DNA of 64,000 nucleotides from Thermoanaerobaculia bacterium (GTDB lineage Bacteria; Acidobacteriota; Thermoanaerobaculia; Multivoradales; UBA5704): NCBI GenBank assembly GCA_044226625.1, contig JBGAGQ010000003.1, positions 1 to 64,000 of the forward strand, read 5' to 3'. Shown piece by piece: positions 58,902 to 64,000 of this stretch (position 1 is its first letter; each line of letters starts with the position of its first letter). The notes under the pieces were generated by a model. It saw only the letters and a program-made list of their open reading frames with translations, ran no database searches and was not told where the DNA came from. The position numbers and the translations under genes were made by a program.

Positions 58902-59717
58902 TCACCCGAACGCCGAGCTCGACCAGCGCGGCGTCACGGCGAAATCCTCGGGAGCGGACGGCGAGAACTCGGCGAGCACCGCCTCGCGCAGCGCGACCGC
59001 CAGCGACTTCCGGTCGGCGTCGACCAACGGCTCCTGCGCCACGGCCACCGTGGCCTCGATCTTCGAGAGGCCGATCAACGGCAGCAGATGGGGCCCAAGC
59101 GCCATGTCCCCCCACCAGCAGACCGAAAGATGGGCCGGCGGCTCACCCGGCGCGGTCCGATAGGAGATCGCCGCCGCGTGGACCGGATGTCCGGACGAGG
59201 CCGGAAGCGCAAGGAGCGGCGAGCGAAAAGGAAGCACCCCGGCGCCCGGGCTGCTCGTCCCTTCGGGAAAGAAGATCACGCCGCGGCCGGCCAAGCGCGC
59301 GGCCTCGACCCGCGAGAGCAAGGCGGGCAGATCGCTCTTCTTCTGCCTCTCCACGTAGAGCGTGCCGAACGAGCTCACCAGCGGCCCGAGCACCGGCCAG
59401 CCGGCGATCTCCGCCTTGGCGACGAACGTCGTGGAGATCCGGCTCGCGAAGACCAGGATGTCCAGATAGGAGAGATGGTTCGCGGCGATCAGGAACGGAG
59501 CCTCGGGGACGGGCCCGCGCCAGGCGACCCGGACGTTCAAGACGCGGAGGAAGGCTCGCGACCAGACGCGAAGCATCCGCCCCTGCCATCGTCCGCGCGC
59601 CCGCGGCCGGGCCACGGTCGCCGCGAGGCCGGCGAGGTGGACCGGAAGGAGTGCGAGCGAGACGCCGATCAGGCCCGCCGCCCGACCGCCGATCCGCAAG
59701 CTTCGGCGCGCCGTCAT
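58902..59717 (-). CDS. PlsC/OlsA-family acyltransferase
   Basis: NHLSYLD, FVAKAE, FFPEGTS. Confidence 0.88.
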   Translation of the reverse strand: MTARRSLRIGGRAAGLIGVSLALLPVHLAGLAATVARPRARGRWQGRMLRVWSRAFLRVLNVRVAWRGPVPEAPFLIAANHLSYLDILVFASRISTTFVAKAEIAGWPVLGPLVSSFGTLYVERQKKSDLPALLSRVEAARLAGRGVIFFPEGTSSPGAGVLPFRSPLLALPASSGHPVHAAAISYRTAPGEPPAHLSVCWWGDMALGPHLLPLIGLSKIEATVAVAQEPLVDADRKSLAVALREAVLAEFSPSAPEDFAVTPRWSSSAFG

Positions 59718-60622
59718 CCCTCCGTGCTGGTCTCCGAGGCTGCCGGCAGGTTGTCGAAGAACATCTTTCGCGACTTCTCTTCCATCGCCATGACGTCGAA
59801 CAGCATCAGGAAGTCGATCGTGCCGAACGCGCGATCGATGACCGGTCCGCCGGCGATCTTGCCGCCGTAGCGCAGATACATGTCGAACAGCGCCGGGAGG
59901 ACCAGCGGCTCGGTTCCTCCCGCGCCGGTGCTCTCCGCGGTCCCTTCGGGCAGGTCGCACTCGAACCCCGGCCGCGCCGGGATCGCAAGGGTCGGATGGA
60001 GATGGTCGCCCGCCGCGAGCGTCGCCCGCGCGCGCCAACCGTCGCGCATGTCCTGGCTGGTCACCGAGCAGCAGCCGAACAGATAGCGCTTCCGGTTCCG
60101 CGCCACGTAGAGCGCGAGGCCGCGCCAGAGCAGGAACAGCACCGGGCGCTTGCGATGCTCGCGGGCGATCGCCGCGCGGCCGAGCTCGATCCCCTGGGAG
60201 ATGACCTCGGACGGCAGATGGTCGAGGACGAACTCGCCGTCGGTATAGAAGCCCGTCCCCGCCGTCGCCATCTCCGCGGTCTGGAGACGATAGGTGCCGA
60301 CCAGCTCGCCGGTCGGCGCGTGCTCGACCAGGAGGTGGTGGCAGGAGCGATCGAACTCGTCCTCGTCGCGGCCGGTGGCGTACGAGGTGGCGAGCCCTTC
60401 GTCCAGCTCCAGGTTGAAGATCTCGAACCGGAGCCGGAGAAGCCGATCGAGCTCCTCGGCGGTCGTGGCGAAGCGAAGCCGGTACGAGCCCGCGGTGAGG
60501 ACACCCGGCGGAATCAGCTCCGGAGCCGGCGGAAACGACCGGAGCGGCTTGCTCTCGGCCTCAAGGACGGGATTCCCGTCCAGCGCCACCTGCGGATTCG
60601 ACTTCGAGGACGAGCTGATCAT
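59714..60622 (-). CDS. OlsB-like GNAT N-acyltransferase (ornithine lipid synthesis)
   Basis: LRFEIFNLEL, DEDEFD..CHHLLV, VGTYRL, ELGRA, YLFGCCS, YLRYG. Confidence 0.85.
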   Translation of the reverse strand: MISSSSKSNPQVALDGNPVLEAESKPLRSFPPAPELIPPGVLTAGSYRLRFATTAEELDRLLRLRFEIFNLELDEGLATSYATGRDEDEFDRSCHHLLVEHAPTGELVGTYRLQTAEMATAGTGFYTDGEFVLDHLPSEVISQGIELGRAAIAREHRKRPVLFLLWRGLALYVARNRKRYLFGCCSVTSQDMRDGWRARATLAAGDHLHPTLAIPARPGFECDLPEGTAESTGAGGTEPLVLPALFDMYLRYGGKIAGGPVIDRAFGTIDFLMLFDVMAMEEKSRKMFFDNLPAASETSTEG

Positions 60623-62396
60623 CGAACCTCACCACCTCTCCGCGGAGCCGCACCGGCTCCGCCACATGCTCGAGAAGCTCGGCCTCGAGCGGCCGACCGT
60701 TCGCGCCGGTCAGCCAATAGTTCAAACCCGCGCTCGCTCTCCCGGCCCCGGCCTCGGAACCGTCGGCGAGAAGCAGCGCCGGAACCCCGCCCGCGAGGCA
60801 GCGCGCCGCGCAATCCCGATGGACCTTCCCCTCTCCGGGGTTCATCACCCCGAGCCAGCATTTGGCATCGGCGATCACCCCGGAGAGGGTCGCCGGTCCC
60901 AGACGCCGGGCGGCCGGAAGCGGCGGCGCATTCCCGCCGAGCGGTTCGATCGATTCCGGTTCGACCTCGATCATCCCGCGTCCGCCCCGCCGAATCAACG
61001 TCCCGCGCAGTCGAATCGCCCGGCCTGCCCAGGAGGAGGCCCAGAGCCTCGCGCCGTGCTTGCCCGGAGCGACCAGAGCGTACCCCGCGCCAGAGACGTC
61101 CGGGTGACGATCGCGAGGCAACACCCAGAGGATCGGGATCGGACCCGCTTGGAGGCGTCCGGAGAAGGTACGCGGCTCCCCGTATTCGAAGCTCGCTCGA
61201 GCGAAAGGCTTCTGCGCCGAGGCCGCCACCAAGCCGACGACGATCGAGAAGACGAGCCAGGCCGCGACGACCATTCGGGTCCGCCGGCCGAGGCGCGGCG
61301 GCAGCGGCTCCTGCCAACCGATGAAGAACTCGGCGGGATCGTCTGGCGCAGCCGCCCGTTCATCGATCGTTGCCGGCTCGACCCGCGTGCCCGGAGGAAG
61401 CACCTCGGGATCGACCAGCACGCGGCCATCGCGGACGACGACCCGAAAGGTCTCGACCTTCTCCTCGAACGGCGGCGGAGAGCTTCCCGAGTCGGGCAGG
61501 TATTGATAGCCGTGCCAGGGACAGGTGATGCAGCCGTCGACGATCTTCCCCTCGCCGAGCGGTCCGTTCTGATGGCGGCAGACGTTCGAGAGGGCGGACA
61601 CCTTGCCGTCATACCGGAAGACCGCGATCCGCTCTCGGCCGACCACCACCACCTTCGCCCGCTTCTCGGGGATCTCGGCCACGGCGCCGACGTCGATCAG
61701 GCTCGAACCGGCGCCGGAGGAGGCGAGCGCCCGGTCGACCCGCTTCTCTTTCAACGCCGCGGTGAGATGGAGTGCGAGGATCGCCGCGCATCCAGCTCCG
61801 ACGAGACCGGCGAGCCACGGATTCCGCTCGTCCTGGAGCGCGCCGAGCGCCACGTGCATCACCAACAGGGCGTAGGCGAAATAGACCCCCATGTGGAGGG
61901 TCTTCCAGACCCGCGGCGTGAGGTTCGCGAGCCAGAAGTCGTGGCTCGTCGCGGCCATCAGGAAGAGGATCACGAGCGCCGCGGCTCCCAACTGCTGGAA
62001 GGGAAAATCGGCGAGGCTCGAGAAACGGGTATTGCTCGCGAGCAGGCTCACGAACGGATTGACGTTGCCCTGGCCGTGGAACTGGCTCAAAGCGAACGTC
62101 CCGTGCGCGAGCCCGAGGCCGAACATCGCGACGCCCAGATGGCGACGGTTGTAGAGCAGCGGGAGAAATCGTCGGTCGAGGCGGCAAAGCGGACCGATCG
62201 CGAGGATCACGTGCAGCAGGAGGAACGCTGCCGTGCCGAGCCCCCGGATTGCCAAGGTTTCGAACGTCGCGTCGGGGAAACGCAACGCGCCGAGGCCCAC
62301 GAACGCGATCAGAAAGAGCGCGATGCCCGCCGCGAGCGCCGCGTCGTAGGCTTTCTTGCGTCCGCTCCAGCCGATCGCGGCGTATCCGGCGCTCAC
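60561..62396 (-). CDS. Ferric-reductase-like transmembrane domain + Rieske 2Fe-2S + C-terminal Cys domain fusion
   Basis: NRRHLGV, ATSHDFW, WKTLH; CRHQNGPL...CPWHG; DAKCWLGVM...HRDCAARC. Confidence 0.85.
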   Translation of the reverse strand: MSAGYAAIGWSGRKKAYDAALAAGIALFLIAFVGLGALRFPDATFETLAIRGLGTAAFLLLHVILAIGPLCRLDRRFLPLLYNRRHLGVAMFGLGLAHGTFALSQFHGQGNVNPFVSLLASNTRFSSLADFPFQQLGAAALVILFLMAATSHDFWLANLTPRVWKTLHMGVYFAYALLVMHVALGALQDERNPWLAGLVGAGCAAILALHLTAALKEKRVDRALASSGAGSSLIDVGAVAEIPEKRAKVVVVGRERIAVFRYDGKVSALSNVCRHQNGPLGEGKIVDGCITCPWHGYQYLPDSGSSPPPFEEKVETFRVVVRDGRVLVDPEVLPPGTRVEPATIDERAAAPDDPAEFFIGWQEPLPPRLGRRTRMVVAAWLVFSIVVGLVAASAQKPFARASFEYGEPRTFSGRLQAGPIPILWVLPRDRHPDVSGAGYALVAPGKHGARLWASSWAGRAIRLRGTLIRRGGRGMIEVEPESIEPLGGNAPPLPAARRLGPATLSGVIADAKCWLGVMNPGEGKVHRDCAARCLAGGVPALLLADGSEAGAGRASAGLNYWLTGANGRPLEAELLEHVAEPVRLRGEVVRFDDQLVLEVESAGGAGRESRP

Positions 62397-62497
62397 AGGG
62401 CCCTCCGGGCGAGCAGCGCGAGGGCGAAGAGGATCGGCAGCGCGACCGCGAGGGCCAAGAAAATCCGCCGGTGGGCGATGCGCAGCGGCCGGATCAC
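62393..62497 (-). CDS. Small membrane peptide
   Basis: GTG start overlaps upstream stop; MIRPLRIAHRR followed by one TM helix. Confidence 0.5.
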   Translation of the reverse strand: MIRPLRIAHRRIFLALAVALPILFALALLARRAL

Positions 62498-62721
62498 GAC
62501 CTGCGCTCCGCCGTCGCCCGCAGCCATTTGCGAGCGAGGACCGGCCAGAGCGCCACGACCCCCGGCGCGATCAGACAACGGAACCCCCACCCCGCGCCGC
62601 GCGCGGCCGGATCGACCCGCTCGATACCGCGCAGAATGAAGGGCACGGCGAAGGCGAGCCCCGCCGCGAGATAGATCGCGACCAGCGAGACGATCCAGCG
62701 CGCCATCGTCTCCGCCAACAC
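62494..62721 (-). CDS. Small membrane protein
   Basis: YLAAGLAFAVPF...DPAA...FR.LIAPG..ALWP; operon-coupled. Confidence 0.65.
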   Translation of the reverse strand: MLAETMARWIVSLVAIYLAAGLAFAVPFILRGIERVDPAARGAGWGFRCLIAPGVVALWPVLARKWLRATAERRS

Positions 62722-63747
62722 CTATCCTCCGAAGAAGAACTGGAAAGGGATGTGCGCCCGCATCGACCAGGCCTGTTCGTCGTGCTGGGCGCGAGGGAAG
62801 GCGAGATAGAAAAGATCGTCGCCGGGACGATAGCCGGCGCCGCAGAGGGCATTGCGCATCGCCCGCGTCGGCTCGTAGTTGTCGCGCGGCCAGCCGCTGT
62901 CGAGGTAGATCTTCACGTCCCGTTTCGCCTCGCCCTCGACCCTTTCGTGCAGATCGTCCCGATAGCCGAACGTGCTCGACATGCAGGCGGCATTGCCGAA
63001 CACGTCGGGCCATTGCCAAGCGAGGAAGAACGAAACCACCCCGCCGAGCGACGAGCCCATCACCACCGTGCTCTCGGGCCCCACCCGGGTGCGGTAGGTC
63101 GCGTCCACCCAGGGCTTGACCTCTTCGACCAGATAGCGCCCGTATTCTTCGTATCCCGGCTGAGTGTAGTCGACCATCCGATCGAGCGGGTAGATGCCGA
63201 CCACGATCGCTTTTTGCACCAGGTTCATCTGGTCGAGCACCCGGAGCGTCTCCTCGACCCGCCAGTGCTGGCCGCCGAACGCCTCCTCGGCGAAGAACAG
63301 GTTCTGACCGTCCTGCATGTAGAGGACCGGATAGCGCGCCAGGGAGTTTTCGCCGTAACCGGGGGGAAGGAAGACGCGCAGCGGATGATTCCGCTCGTGC
63401 GCGCCGGTTGGGACGTGCTGGATCGAGCAGACGCTGCAGGTCGCGTCGGCGAAGAAGTATGGATAGACGTCGCGCTCGGCCGGATCGTCCTCGAGTGCGA
63501 GGTAGTTTTCACCCTGCGACCAGACGATCTCGTCACCGCGCCGAAGCACCGGCTTCCAGTAACGGAACGTCGAATCGAGCGCTAGCGGGAAATCGAAGCG
63601 CGTCCCGTCCTCCGAAACCGAGGCGGGGGCGACGTCCCGGTCCCAATCGACGTCGGTGCGAAGGGCCAGACGATAGCTCTCCCCCGCCCCGTCCGGATCG
63701 AGGTCCGCGAGCGGGTATTGGACATGAAGGGTCACGGTATGGGTCAT
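62722..63747 (-). CDS. Alpha/beta-hydrolase-fold esterase
   Basis: LPPGY, YPVLYMQDGQN, GSSLGG, YLDSG, HDEQAW. Confidence 0.88.
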   Translation of the reverse strand: MTHTVTLHVQYPLADLDPDGAGESYRLALRTDVDWDRDVAPASVSEDGTRFDFPLALDSTFRYWKPVLRRGDEIVWSQGENYLALEDDPAERDVYPYFFADATCSVCSIQHVPTGAHERNHPLRVFLPPGYGENSLARYPVLYMQDGQNLFFAEEAFGGQHWRVEETLRVLDQMNLVQKAIVVGIYPLDRMVDYTQPGYEEYGRYLVEEVKPWVDATYRTRVGPESTVVMGSSLGGVVSFFLAWQWPDVFGNAACMSSTFGYRDDLHERVEGEAKRDVKIYLDSGWPRDNYEPTRAMRNALCGAGYRPGDDLFYLAFPRAQHDEQAWSMRAHIPFQFFFGG

Positions 63748-63853
63748 CGAAGGTCTCCTCGGAAGACAGGCTCACACGATCTCGAACCGATCCTGTGCCG
63801 GTCCGAGCCTTTCGGTTACCGGGCTGACTCGCAACGTGCGCACAACCCATAGA

Positions 63854-64000
63854 ATGACTATCCTCTTGAGGCTCTGTCGCCCCTTTCTCCGCCCCGCGCT
63901 CGACGTGTTGCGCGGTCTCGACCGTCTGCTCGACGGCGGCCTTCCGGCGTTGGCGAAGGTCTTCCTCGGCCTCGCCCTCGGATGGTGGATCTACGTGCCG
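63854..64000 (+). CDS. 5' part of a membrane protein (runs off window)
   Basis: MTILLRL...LGLALGWWIYVP open to the window end. Confidence 0.5.
   Translation, partial: MTILLRLCRPFLRPALDVLRGLDRLLDGGLPALAKVFLGLALGWWIYVP

Noticed and set aside
60561-60622. 62-bp same-strand overlap as programmed frameshifting
   Set aside because: No slippery site seen; simpler explanations are a later olsB start or a C-terminal extension

Overview
Very GC-rich bacterial chromosomal DNA; the gene content (signal-peptide TPR-CHAT proteases with ECF sigma/zf-HC2 anti-sigma, a TPCRxxDTR C-terminal domain protein, lanthipeptide-like Cys-rich peptides) suggests Acidobacteriota, by inference only. Housekeeping anchors are tRNA-Cys/tRNA-Gly, mtgA, aceE and an olsB/olsA-like pair. 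There are three accessory blocks. (1) 1-13 kb: a P450 fused to a degenerate acyl-CoA ligase, a TIR-like protein, an AAA_14/DUF4143 ATPase and a DUF4062-kinase-FGE protein beside the tRNAs. (2) 25-34 kb: an ECF sigma / anti-sigma / CHAT / C25-peptidase / small peptide / CHAT operon. (3) 38.8-55.8 kb, the best candidate for an undescribed system: an almost entirely minus-strand island with a cyanobactin PatA-type protease, two 8-Cys precursor peptides with cyanobactin-like leaders, a third PatE-like small ORF, two TPR-sulfotransferases and a SagB-type dehydrogenase fused to an NHLP-like leader, with no YcaO or macrocyclase. It is bracketed by three larger proteins sharing an N-terminal R(L/F)GHRFENL...IQR motif (two paralogous hydrophobic-tipped proteins and one BMT5-like methyltransferase), and flanked by a Phd-VapC module and a non-coding 20/21-bp palindrome array. 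All family assignments come from motif recognition by eye; no database searches were run.
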